A stretch of 64,000 nt of DNA, taken from NCBI GenBank assembly GCA_963806535.1, contig CAWDYC010000003.1, forward strand, positions 128,001-192,000, written 5' to 3'. Below are positions 13,701 to 23,166 of the stretch, in pieces. The translations under genes were made by a program, and so were the position numbers. This DNA is from Candidatus Bathyarchaeota archaeon (GTDB taxonomy: Archaea > Thermoproteota > Bathyarchaeia > Bathyarchaeales > Bathycorpusculaceae). Positions within the stretch are counted from its first letter, which is position 1, and every line of letters begins with the position of its first letter. Under the pieces are notes generated by a model that ran no database searches, was not told where the DNA came from, and saw only the letters and a program-made list of their open reading frames with translations.

Positions 13701-13817
13701 TCGCCTTCGTCTACCCCTACCGTGCCCGAATTCCCACCAACCTTGGTAATTACAATAATGTTGATAGCAGTGGCAACCTCATTATCCTACGAGATTAAAC
13801 GTTACGGAAAACATTAA
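10752..13817 (+). CDS. Thermopsin-family protease-like surface protein with repeat domains, PT linker and PEF-type sorting tail
   Basis: PAPMGIADYG, QLN, YWVQNV, DSELIIGGPG and NFGSDTAE thermopsin motifs; C-terminal VPEFP, TM helix and basic residues. Confidence 0.88.
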   Translation: MKQLSSGLIYVCFFLLLFATIASPMLCTTFAYSRDNRESSNNSKVPAPTIPRPPPINSNTLSMGPNGQQVNVYSTYTGEPAPMGIADYGVGQNGAYQYNTSSFTGIISINSLATKTSSNDSSMGIQLNVNLAFTSNGKQYVYWVQNVVCIDTSTNTIDYFENNIWNTSARSAGMSNSGIVGNGQVWKSQYYAVEASSSLPGSSAVLQYPATIILNVTCGINFGGQPTVSFSYNDGYGLETYDTVAFITNYPITTFSGFVVNGYNYNPTGYLFYDSELIIGGPGDGANTQLLQSNVRLQLEYWNGQNYQLLRNAYNFGSDTAEGISNTLSQLYYYSSTGSIFAMIQNGSGSLNKLYDQSTMGIIDIKSILISGTLYVTNATYSNAVPWQIPFINGEVAITIVPGRYNLQLYQNGVLYCQANATVTGGQTISLQTTSVTLVPAGASTAVSGTNYFTVSYTLNGQQQFTSAQNNSLVLIIDSSTSVDVSGISSGSNATEEWTLDSFGPLGYWDALIPAGSNATLYYYDTLSQQVAYTISGSGNPAPPILTYNTAPATPSSQLNTSINATTLSGNSQTIMALRGTTVSITNSILGTSQDQWGTPISTWNVSQANQIPSLLTYYHQYQFTTSYATPDNSTPSSPPLLSGTQFGSSCQMSLTNTLLVIWLDENTQWSISDIVIAPSGTEQWIQTADPSTSGTITQSVITPNLLYFHQYYLLVTSAQSNIATSGSGWYNAESTAYAGLASGTATGGAGTQYVFDSWSTGGINYQQSNTIIMNGTVTAAANWNKQYYLTVNSPYGLSSGSGWYNSGSNAQAALLTNIVSGNSGTQYVFSGWTGDASGSDISSNLISMNSPKIAIATWMTQYQLTLEVNPSGCGSTTPTGGNLWVTAGPLLISTSPNSGYSFLQWTANSGSITFANGNSYSTTANVNGPGIITASMALTPTPTPQPTPTPTPSPTLTPVQHSSSSSTSSSTATPTTSANVSPSPSSTPTVPEFPPTLVITIMLIAVATSLSYEIKRYGKH

Positions 13818-14063
13818 CGGTGTTGCGGATTTTAGTATCAGTAAAGTAAACTTACAACTCCTAAATCAAGTTGATTTTTCAAAAACGAAAGTGGAATCGG
13901 TGATTCTTTAACAAATCAAAAAGGTGATTTGGTAGCAGACTTTAGAATCTAGTGACCTTTTCAAAAGAGAATAGTCAATAAGAGTCTATCTCAAGTAGTA
14001 ATCTAAGAAGCTCATTAAAAAATTCGGAGAAAAAAATAAACAAGTAATGGTGAGGCACTTTCG

Positions 14064-14699
14064 TTGTCTAAGAAATTTAACTTAACGGATAATTCGACAA
14101 TTTTGTTTCAGGGCGACAGCATTACAGATTCAGGAAGAAAAAGCAAACACAACGAATCACTCGGGGACGGATACGTCATGATGACAGCGGCATGGCTGTC
14201 TGCATTACATCCTGAATATTATCTCAAATTCATCAATCGTGGAATTGGTGGAAATCGAGTTAGCGACTTAAGAGGTCGTTGGAAAAAAGACTGTTTAGAT
14301 CTTAAACCAAATTTGGTCTCAATACTGATAGGTGTAAACGATCTCGGTTTACCTTTTTGGAAAGGCCCAACTCCCTCAGAAAGCTTCCAAACGGATTACA
14401 AGACCATTCTAGAACAAACCCGGCAGCTAAAATGCCAAATCGTACTGCTAGAGCCATTTCTGGTTCATTCCCACCAGGACTTTCTAGAAGCGACTGAAGA
14501 GTTGAACAAAAAAATAGAAATAGTTAGAGAACTAGCCCAAGAATTTGAAACCAAGTTAATTCCATTAAATGACATTTTCATGAAAGCCTGTGTCAAGCGG
14601 GCACCCTCATTTTGGGCGCTTGATGGAGTCCATCCAACTCTCTTTGGACACGCTTTGATTGCACAATCTTGGACAAAAGGCGTTATTGAGGAACTGTAA
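14064..14699 (+). CDS. SGNH/GDSL hydrolase
   Basis: GDSITD, NRGIGG, GVND and DGVHP blocks. Confidence 0.93.
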   Translation: MSKKFNLTDNSTILFQGDSITDSGRKSKHNESLGDGYVMMTAAWLSALHPEYYLKFINRGIGGNRVSDLRGRWKKDCLDLKPNLVSILIGVNDLGLPFWKGPTPSESFQTDYKTILEQTRQLKCQIVLLEPFLVHSHQDFLEATEELNKKIEIVRELAQEFETKLIPLNDIFMKACVKRAPSFWALDGVHPTLFGHALIAQSWTKGVIEEL

Positions 14700-14769
14700 A
14701 GTTTTTATCGATAGAGTTTAGGTGAAATTTCACGGCGCGCTAATCAATTCTATAGCAAAAAGTCGAAAG

Positions 14770-14815
14770 TGGAGCCGTCGGCGGGATTTGAACCAACAAC
14801 CCTTTACCTTCCAAG
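14770..14815 (-). repeat. Degenerate copy of the tRNA-Thr 3' half (att-like scar)
   Basis: tggagccgtcggcgggatttgaacc...tacctt-ccaag aligns with tRNA-Thr from 17830. Confidence 0.8.
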
Positions 14816-14831
14816 ATGGCTACCACGCTGC

Positions 14832-16998
14832 CTAACTTTCTTTGAATTGAGATAATCTAAAAGAAGGTTGGTCGGGAAGTTGATTGGAACTGGAGTGTCG
14901 ACGCTTTATTAGGAGCACTACGATCACAAACACGATAACAACAACTATTACAACTGCAACGATAGGCAATAACAAAGAGTTGCTATTGGCGGACACCACA
15001 CTTTTGTTTGAAAGACTCAACGTCATGTTAACTGGCAGACCAGTAAAGTTGATTGCCTTGTTCATCTGCTCATACCCATCTTTCACTATACTGAAAGAAT
15101 ATTGTCCAACAGTAACATTTGTGAATGTAACGTAACCTGTCGAGTTCGTAATGTCTGAGAGTATTTCTGTTCCTGTCGGTTGGGTTGTTGAAGAAACAGT
15201 TGCATCGCTTAAGGGATTGCTGTTATAGTCTTCGATGCGTAATTGAATTGTTCCTGCGCTGTTGTCAGACCAGATGTTTCGTTCTGAACTTTGGTTGTTG
15301 GTTGGCGTTGGGTAGATGGTGACGGAGTTGCAGTTGGAGGGGGCTGGACGGTTACTTGTGTAGTGGCTTGGGAGGTCACGTACCCAGTTTTTGTGGCGCT
15401 GGCTGTAATTGTGCAGGTTGTTGCTTTTGTGAAGCTTGGTGCTGTAAAGTTCGTTTGTAGGATCCGTTTCCTATGATCTGTTGTCGATGTAAATGTTCCA
15501 CCGTTGTCTGATGTGAATTGCACCGTGGCTCCTGTTACAGCGGTGCCGTCTGCAGTTATGTAAACTATGACATCTGTTTTTTGTCCGTTGTTGATGGTTG
15601 ATTGGGATGCTGTTGCCGAGACTTGTATGGGTAAGAAATCAATTGTGTAAGTTGTTACTGTGCCTTGACCAGTTGTATAGCTTGAAGCTTGAGCCGTGAT
15701 TGTTGTTGCTCCTGCTGTATTAGTTACGGTGATGGTTCCGGTCGCTTGTGTTTGACCGAAGGGAATTGTTAGTGTTGAGCCAACGGTGCCCACTGTTGGC
15801 TGTGATGAAAATAGATTTATATTTACGTCTGCTTGCGGGTCTTTTGCCGGTCTCCCCTGTGAATCTTGAAGTTGTACTTGTACTGATTGGTAAGTACCTT
15901 TGTCCGATGGAAGAAGTGATGGCGAACAGTAAACTGCTAACTTGGACGGGAGTAAAACCAGTTGTTGTTATTGCTTGTTGGCCTCCTCGACAGGTTTGTA
16001 GCTACAGCTGTTATTGTTGTGGTGCCCGGCTTGTATGTTGTATTCAAAGTTGCTAGTGCGTAGGTTTGATTTGCAGGGATGGTTATTTGTGAGTCTATTT
16101 GACCAACAGTCGGGTCAGATGACGCCATGGAGACAATTGTGTCTGACGGAATTGTTGATGTCAAGCCTGTTCCCATTCTGCAGTTCGATAGCAATTTGTG
16201 GGCACGAGTTATCGTCTGCAGGAACTTGCAGAGGGTCCGACAAATATTTTGACCAGAGATGGATTTGAAGCCACTGGTGTTGTAGTGATTGTAAGCTGTT
16301 GCGATGTATATCCTTGGGCTACAGTTGTAATAATAGCTGATTGAAAGTTTGTATTATTTTGCCTTGTCGTGAAGTTAGCGGTAGCAAAAGTTTTTCCTTC
16401 GGGAATTATGACATTTTGAGTGACGTTTCCAACCTTGCCATCTGAACATGATAATGTTACCGGCACGCCTCCTTTGGGCGCTTTTGCTGGAGAACCGTTT
16501 GAATCTTGAAGTTGAACCATTATGGCGTTATACGTATTGCCGTCGGCTGGTAGAGTTGATGGAAATCCATAAATTGCTACCGCGTTGGGGATTGGTCCAA
16601 TGGTGGTGATTGAAGCTTGTACGGTTGCGTAGCCTGTTGCTGAAGCAGAAATCGCGGTTGTTCCTGGAGAAAATGTTGAGGAGAAACTTGCTGAGGCATA
16701 TGTTGCTCCTTTAGGTATGATTATTGACGGATTTACGGTTCCTATGTTTGTGAGGGAGGATGAGAGGCTTATAGTTGTGTCTTGCATTGCCCTTGCAGGT
16801 TTTCCAGTAGAGTCTTGTAATTGCACGAAAATGCAGTTGTATGTATTGTTGTCTGCCAAAAACACTAGTCGGACCTATAAAAATTTTGAGACTTGCTGGA
16901 TCAGTTGGTGCTGCAAGAGAAGTGTTTTCGTTAATTATAATAAACGCGGATGACACAAAAGCTAAAATTAATATAAACTGTGCAATTTTTTTCAGCAA
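14832..16998 (-). CDS. Large secreted Ig-like (Big/invasin-type) repeat protein with C-terminal TM anchor, frameshifted
   Basis: Signal peptide, repeated VQLQDS.G.PA.A units, T/S-rich beta domains and a C-terminal hydrophobic helix across five ORFs. Confidence 0.78.
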
Positions 16999-17245
16999 TA
17001 TTTCTCACCTTATGCTTTGATTCGCATACGTTTCAATTTGTCCCGTTTAATTTAGGCTAAGGATGAGCCTTAAGTATATTGTGTATTAATACATATTACA
17101 CGTAAGTGTTGAACAGATTTACAATTAACCACCAAAAAATTACCTCTAAAATAACAAATTCTAACAGTTATGAATAGATGGGGAAAATGTTGGTCAACGG
17201 ACAAAATACCCCTAAGAAAAATATACCCTTTGACAAAAGCGAAAG

Positions 17246-17291
17246 TGGAGCGTTCGGTGGGATTTCGACCCCCAACCATTACCTTACTAAG
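17246..17291 (-). repeat. Degenerate copy of the tRNA-Thr 3' half (att-like scar)
   Basis: tggagcgttcggtgggatttcgacccccaaccattaccttactaag aligns with tRNA-Thr 17830-17875. Confidence 0.82.
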
Positions 17292-17385
17292 ATATAAGAG
17301 ATTATTTTCAGGTTTGATTAAATATCCTTTCATCGTTAAAGTTTATATGATTTAGGATATCTCTTTTAATGCGAGAGGGGAATTT

Positions 17386-17609
17386 ATGGTTGAAATTAAG
17401 GGTAGAAAGTTTACAGTAATCCTTAGGGAAGAATCCGAAGGCGGATATTCTGCTCAATGTGTCGAACTTCCAGGAGTAATAAGTCAAGGCGAAAATCGTA
17501 AGGAAACTCTTTCCAACATAAAAGAAGCTATCGAAGGCTACTTGGAAGCTTTCCCGAAGAACTTGACCAGCTTAAGCGGAAAAGAGAACTGGTGGAGATA
17601 ACTGTCTGA
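17386..17609 (+). CDS. hicB: HicB-family antitoxin
   Basis: EEGGY..CVELPGVISQGE...NIKEAIEGYLE pattern; frameshift near the 3' end. Confidence 0.9.
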
Positions 17610-17826
17610 AAAGCTACCCTCCGTTTCTTGGCGGAAAGTTATTAAAGTTCTAACAACAGCTGGATTCAAAGCAGTGAGCCAGAAAGGCAGCCACATATTT
17701 TTAACTGATGGCAAACACAAGCTAACGGTTTCCCGTCATGACCCTATAAAGAAAGGCACACTTCTCGCCATTATTCAGCAAGCAGGTTTGACCAAAGAAG
17801 AATTTCTTGAATTAATGGAAAAGTAG
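17602..17826 (+). CDS. hicA: HicA-family toxin (not in the ORF track; CTG start)
   Basis: Manual translation SEKLPSVSWRKVIKVLTTAGFKAVSQKGSHIFL...H.PIKKGTLLAIIQQAGLTKEEF contains the GSH motif. Confidence 0.88.
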   Translation: MSEKLPSVSWRKVIKVLTTAGFKAVSQKGSHIFLTDGKHKLTVSRHDPIKKGTLLAIIQQAGLTKEEFLELMEK

Positions 17827-17829
17827 GAG

Positions 17830-17906
17830 TGGAGCCTTCGGCGGGATTTGGACCCGCGACCATTACCTTACCAAGGTAACGCCCCACCGGGCTAGGCTAC
17901 GAAGGC
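17830..17906 (-). tRNA. tRNA-Thr(GGT), CCA encoded
   Basis: Reverse complement GCCTTCG...TTACC TTGGTAA GGTAA...GGTCCAAATCC...CGAAGGCTCCA folds as a cloverleaf. Confidence 0.95.
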
Positions 17907-18030
17907 ACATGTTGCTGTTACCGTGAAAGAACTGCTTCTTTGCAATAAAACGGTTACGGTTGATGCTTCAAAAAAATGCTTCGGCGATTTTGCCTTTTTT
18001 GTTGTGGTAGTCATTTTTTTCTGGAGCTTT

Positions 18031-18192
18031 TTGGACTTTTTCAGACCTTTTGGGACGAAATGGGACTTTTTGAGACGGAACAAGACGGATCCAGACAAAA
18101 AGGGACGAATTGGGACAAATTTAGACGCAACCTGCAAACAAAAAAAGACCTGAATCAAAAAAGAAGCCCAAAACAACTTGAACAAAATTTCG
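18031..18192 (+). repeat. 10-bp-period GAC array plus conserved AACCTGCAAAC tail (copy A)
   Basis: GAC at 18034, 18044 ... 18124 (10 units), then GCAACCTGCAAAC and an A-rich tail. Confidence 0.85.
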
Positions 18193-18289
18193 GCAAACCT
18201 GCAGTTGTTTTGGCATTATGAGTGGAATCTGCGAAAAAACAAAATACGTCCTCTTCTTTTGCCATTATTTGACGTTTGAACTTTTGAGA

Positions 18290-18440
18290 TGACTTTTAGT
18301 GACTTTCTGTGACTTTAGGTGACTTTAGGTGACTTTTAGTGACTTGTGATGACTTCGTATGACTTTTGGTGACTTAACCTGCAAACAATTCAAGCTTCAA
18401 ATCAAAAAAGCAACTTAAAACACAAAGAAAAAATTTGCAC
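18290..18440 (+). repeat. 10-bp-period TGACTT array plus conserved AACCTGCAAAC tail (copy B)
   Basis: GAC at 18291 ... 18371 (9 units), then TTAACCTGCAAAC and tail. Confidence 0.88.
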
Positions 18441-18514
18441 AAACAAAACAAATCGCAGTTCTTAGTTAAAGACATAATAAGATAAAGAAGGTTAAGTCAA
18501 AAGATGACTTGTGT

Positions 18515-19939
18515 TTATTTCTTGTTTGTTAGGTATTCGTGCATTGCTTTTGCTGCGCGTTTGCCTGCTCCCATTGCGCTTATGACGGTTGCTGCTCCTG
18601 TTGCCACGTCTCCGCCTGCGTAAACTCCGTCAAGGCTGGTTTTGCCAACTTCGTTAACGCATATGGTTCCGTGTCTTGGGTCGCTTTGTAAGCCGTCTGT
18701 GGTTCGCTGTATGATGGGGTTTGGAGTTTGGCCGATAGCAATGATTACTGTGTCAACATCCATAGTGAATTCTGAACCTGGAACTTCTTTTACGCCTCTT
18801 CTGCCTTTTGCATCAGGCTCAGTGAGTTCCATTGCGATGCATTTCATGCTTTTAAGCCAGCCGCTTTCATCACCGTAAAACTCAATTGGTGCACCAAGAA
18901 ACTTGCAGACCAAGCCCTCTTCTTCTGCGTTTTCAACTTCTTCATGTCGTGCAGGTAATTCTGCACGTGATCGCCGGTAGAGTAAGCATACTTCTGAGCC
19001 AAGCCGCATGCTGCTTCTTGCGCAGTCCATGGCTACGTTTCCGCCGCCAATGACAACTACTTTTTTGCCAATACGTATTGGAGTGTCATATTCTGGGAAC
19101 TGGAATGCTTTCATGAGGTTAACGCGGATGAGGAATTCGTTTGCTGAGTAGACTCCGCCAAGGTTTTCTCCTGGGCAACCGGTGAACTGGGGTAAACCTG
19201 CACCGCTACCAATGAATACTGCATCATATCCATTTTTCATAAGCTCGGGAATAGTGTGAATACGTCCGACCAAGTTGCCAAGACGTAGGTCAACACCCAA
19301 TTTTTGGATATAAGATACTTCATTTTGCACGATGGCTTTTGGCAAACGAAATTCTGGAATACCATAAGAGAGTACTCCGCCGCCAACATGCAGGGCTTCA
19401 AACATTGTTATTTCGTGACCAAGCTTAACAAGGTCCGCTGCAACTGTTAATCCAGCTGGCCCAGCTCCGACTACTGCTACTTTTTTGCCTGTTGCCGGAG
19501 CCTTAGGAGGAAGAGCATAACCGTTGTCACGTTCCCAATCTGCAAGAAACCGTTCTAACCGTCCGATGCTGAGTGGCTCACCCATTTTGCCGATAACACA
19601 TTTACTTTGACACTGCACTTCCTGAGGACAAACACGTCCACAAACCGCCGGCAACGCATTTTTGGCTTTAATGGTGGCGATGCCTTCAGCATATTTCTTT
19701 TCTCGGATGCATTTGATAAACTGTGGAATAGGCACTTCAACTGGACATCCAGTTTTACATTGAGGATTTGGACACTGCAAACATCGACTGGCCTCTTCTT
19801 GCGCTTCTGCCTCATTATATCCTAAAGCAACTTCGCTAAAGTTTTTAACCCGATCTTTAGGCTCTTGTTTACCCATTTCAACGGCTTTCTTATTTAATTT
19901 AGGCTTAGGCTTTGCTTCTGCCACATTTACAACCTCCAC
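18515..19939 (-). CDS. nfnB: NfnB/SudA-like NADPH-dependent flavo-FeS subunit (GltD homologue)
   Basis: RCLQC...CPV, GRVCPQE.QC, GAGPAG, GGGNVAMD and YAGGD motifs; downstream of nfnA. Confidence 0.88.
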   Translation of the reverse strand: MEVVNVAEAKPKPKLNKKAVEMGKQEPKDRVKNFSEVALGYNEAEAQEEASRCLQCPNPQCKTGCPVEVPIPQFIKCIREKKYAEGIATIKAKNALPAVCGRVCPQEVQCQSKCVIGKMGEPLSIGRLERFLADWERDNGYALPPKAPATGKKVAVVGAGPAGLTVAADLVKLGHEITMFEALHVGGGVLSYGIPEFRLPKAIVQNEVSYIQKLGVDLRLGNLVGRIHTIPELMKNGYDAVFIGSGAGLPQFTGCPGENLGGVYSANEFLIRVNLMKAFQFPEYDTPIRIGKKVVVIGGGNVAMDCARSSMRLGSEVCLLYRRSRAELPARHEEVENAEEEGLVCKFLGAPIEFYGDESGWLKSMKCIAMELTEPDAKGRRGVKEVPGSEFTMDVDTVIIAIGQTPNPIIQRTTDGLQSDPRHGTICVNEVGKTSLDGVYAGGDVATGAATVISAMGAGKRAAKAMHEYLTNKK

Positions 19940-20760
19940 GCATTTCCCACAATACTGAACTTAACCTTTCCTCTGGCAACATTGTGCGTTGACGTAAAAT
20001 TAATCCGTCAAAATCAACTTTGTGACCGTCAAATTCTGGTCCATCCACACAGCCAAACATCATTTTTCCGTCAACTGTAACTCGGCAAACTCCGCACATG
20101 CCCATGCCGTCAATCATTATCGGTGTTGTTGTAACAATTGTTGGAATGCAGTAGGGCTTGGTGATTTCACTAATATCTTTCATCAAAATTACTGGTCCCA
20201 TTACTATGCAGCGGTCAAACTTTTCGTTTTTAAGTAAGTCTTTGAGGAAATCTAAGCCTTGGAAGCCTTGTGAACCGTCGTCTGTTGCAACGTAAACTTT
20301 GTCGCTTAGAGCTTTAGCTTCGTTTTCCATCATTATGAATTCTTTTGTTCGTGCTCCAAGAATTGTGGTGACTTTGTTTCCTGCTTCTTTCATGGCTTTA
20401 GCTTGAAGCAGTAGTGGTGCAATCATTACGCTTCCGCCGACGCAGAGAACTTTGCCGAAGTTCTTTACTTCAGAAGGATTGCCAAGTGGACCAGTAACAT
20501 TGTCGATGCATTCGCCTTCGTTTAGTAAGCCAAGTGATTTTGTGGTTTTGCCGACTTCATGGAAAGCAAACGACACTGTTCCTTTGGCGGTGTCGTATCC
20601 GCAGATTGTTAAGGGAATTCGTTCGCCTTCTTTGCCGTTTATGACTATTAGGAATTGTCCAGCTTGTGATTTAGCTGCAATGTCTGGAGCTTCAACTTCG
20701 AACAATTTTATTTTTGGAACAAGCTCTTTTTTGGATACTATTTTGTACGTTTTGCAGTCG
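19905..20760 (-). CDS. nfnA: NfnA/SudB-like ferredoxin-NADP reductase subunit (start approximate)
   Basis: GERIPLT, GPLG and DGMGMCGVCRV...CVDGPEFDG motifs. Confidence 0.88.
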
Positions 20761-21980
20761 CCTCCACAGCTACTTCTTTTTTTGGTAAAGCTGAAATTTT
20801 TTTGTAGAAAGCATCCAGTTTCTCGTTGAAGTCGCCGGCACATCTTGGTGACTCCTCGTACAGTTCGAATCGGTCAAGCAGACCCTTCTTTTTGAGAACA
20901 TTTAGCATGACGCCCAAGTTGCGTTCTGCAGTAGCTCTGCCTTCCTGAAGCTTGCAGTCCTGCGATGAGCAAACCACTGCCATGACACCGTCGAAACCGC
21001 AGTTTAACGCGTTGACAACGTGAACGGGGTCTAAGGATTTGAAGCATGGAACTTCGAGAGTCAATACGTTTTTGCCTGCAAGGACGCTGTTTGGATTATC
21101 TAAGGCTGAAAAGTTTGACCATTGACATACAAATGCCAGAACTGCTGGACCCTTGCCTTGGGCTTTCAATTTTGCGATTGAATCGGCATAGCGGTTTACA
21201 ACATTTTCGAATTCGAAGCCTTTCACTTGGATAGCGTGATGTGGACAAACCAGTTGACAAGCGCCGCAGCCAACACATTTCTCCTCGTCTATTTTTGGAG
21301 TAGCAAACGATTCAAACGTGATTGCTTTGTATGGACAGATGAAGATGCATTTGTCACATCCTACGCATGCCTGCAACGTCGTAGATTGCTTTGCGAGAAA
21401 ACTTTACAACTCTAACCGCATTCTCATCATAACCCAATTGTTCGAGTACATTTCTGGCTAAAACGAGTCTTCGCGTGTTTATTTTTGTGCCTTCTTTGTA
21501 TCGGCAGAATGGGTCTTCACATTGAACTGAAACAATGTTTTTTATTCCTGAATTGAGTGCTTCAAAAACAAAGTCAGTTGGGACTCTGCCTGCACATGGC
21601 AACCGCAAGGCAATATAGTTACCAACTTTTAATCCCTGTTCTTTAAGAATGTCTTGAACTTCGCCTGTGTTAGGTGAGTTTCCTCGGCACATTAAAACAA
21701 GCGTTTCCACATTCTTGGTTTTTGCAAGTGCCTCTTTAACATAGTTTGAGAGGTTATCGTAAGTGTAATATTGCATTTTTATGGCTGAACTTGGGCAAGC
21801 ACTGTAGCATATCCCGCAGACTTGGCAGTCTTGACTGTTCACTTCAACTTTTCCGGTTGAATCAGCTTTTATTGCTTCGTATGGACAAATTGATTTGCAT
21901 ACATAACATCGACTGCATAAGTCTTGGTCGATTTCTACTACAGCGAGACATTTTTCACTCATTCTGAAACCTCTTTTCAT
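20738..21980 (-). CDS. Tandem [4Fe-4S] dicluster plus MvhD/FlpD-like domains (probably one frameshifted gene)
   Basis: CxxCxxCxxxCP motifs; RLPCAGRV...C...C and EVPCFKSL...GFDGV...CSSQDC MvhD-like segments. Confidence 0.8.
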
Positions 21981-22073
21981 ACACCGCTGCTACTTTAAAC
22001 TGACAGCAAATATGCTAGCTTAAAGCCTATTGAAAACATGAAAAACGGTTTAGAATGATATAATCGTTTCTCT

Positions 22074-23015
22074 CTATTTTCTGTAATAAGGTCGTTTAAT
22101 GTAACTGTAGGCTTCAAGTGCCGCAGTGATGCCTTCTCCAACCGCCGTTCCAACCTGCTTAATCGGCTGATTAGTGACGTCGCCCGCAGCAAACACACCT
22201 AAAAGATTTGTCTGTTGGTTCACGTCAACTTTTATGTATCCATGTTCGTCGGTTTCTACTCCGGCAGCTTTGGCAAGTTGGCTGTTTGGTGCTTCGCCGA
22301 CTTGAACGAAAACCGCGTCAACCAATAGTTCGGTTGTTTTGTTTGTCATGTTATCAATTAAAGTGACTGTTTTGACTTGTTTGTCTCCTTTGATTTCTTG
22401 AATTTCTGTGTTCCACATGATTTTAACGTTGTTTTTTGCTGAAATATCTGAGATTAACGATTCTTCTGCTCTGAACGCTTGTTTTCGATGAATTACGATA
22501 ACTTCTGAAGCTAGACCAGAAAGGTAAATCGTAGTTGTGCAAGCTGTATTTCCTCCACCAACGACAATGACACGTTTGCCCTTGAAAAAAGGTCCATCAC
22601 ACACTCCACAGTAGCTGACCCCTCTGCCGCGAAATTCTTTTTCGCCTTTGGCTCCAACTTCCTTGTAATGTGAACCAGTTGAAAAAATCACTGCTTTTGT
22701 CTCGTAGGTTGCGTTTGAAGTTTTCACAATTTTCTTTTCGCCCATAAGCTCCAATTCCGTTACAGGCTCAATATCATGAATGACTGCACCAATCTTTTTG
22801 CAGTGATTAGTCATTTTTTCAGCAAGTTCCCCACCGCTGATCTCTGCAAATCCAGGATAATTAACCACTAATGAGGCATCAGCGATGGTGCCACCTGCTA
22901 GCTTTTCATCTAAAATTAAAGTTTTCAATCCGCTTCGAACAGCGTAAATTCCCGCTGATAAACCTGCGGAGCCAGCACCGATTATTATTACATCCCAAGT
23001 ATCCATGTTATTCAA
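22074..23015 (-). CDS. trxB: Thioredoxin reductase
   Basis: GAGSAG, NYPG, SYCGVCDG, GGGNTA and AAGD motifs. Confidence 0.93.
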   Translation of the reverse strand: MNNMDTWDVIIIGAGSAGLSAGIYAVRSGLKTLILDEKLAGGTIADASLVVNYPGFAEISGGELAEKMTNHCKKIGAVIHDIEPVTELELMGEKKIVKTSNATYETKAVIFSTGSHYKEVGAKGEKEFRGRGVSYCGVCDGPFFKGKRVIVVGGGNTACTTTIYLSGLASEVIVIHRKQAFRAEESLISDISAKNNVKIMWNTEIQEIKGDKQVKTVTLIDNMTNKTTELLVDAVFVQVGEAPNSQLAKAAGVETDEHGYIKVDVNQQTNLLGVFAAGDVTNQPIKQVGTAVGEGITAALEAYSYIKRPYYRK

Positions 23016-23166
23016 CTCTTGCTAAGTAAATATTGGAATTAGTGTAATTTATGAATTGTTGGAATTTTTTCGCAAGTCTCTTTCTGAAATTGACAAAAAG
23101 GTTAGCCAATAAACAGATAAAGCGGAAATCGTTTAATTAATATTAACAGTTTTTGAAGGTGTTATT

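Noticed and set aside
18031-18386. CRISPR array or coding repeat
   Set aside because: The period is 10 bp with no 25-45 bp repeats or spacers and no cas genes; the overlapping ORFs are low-complexity.
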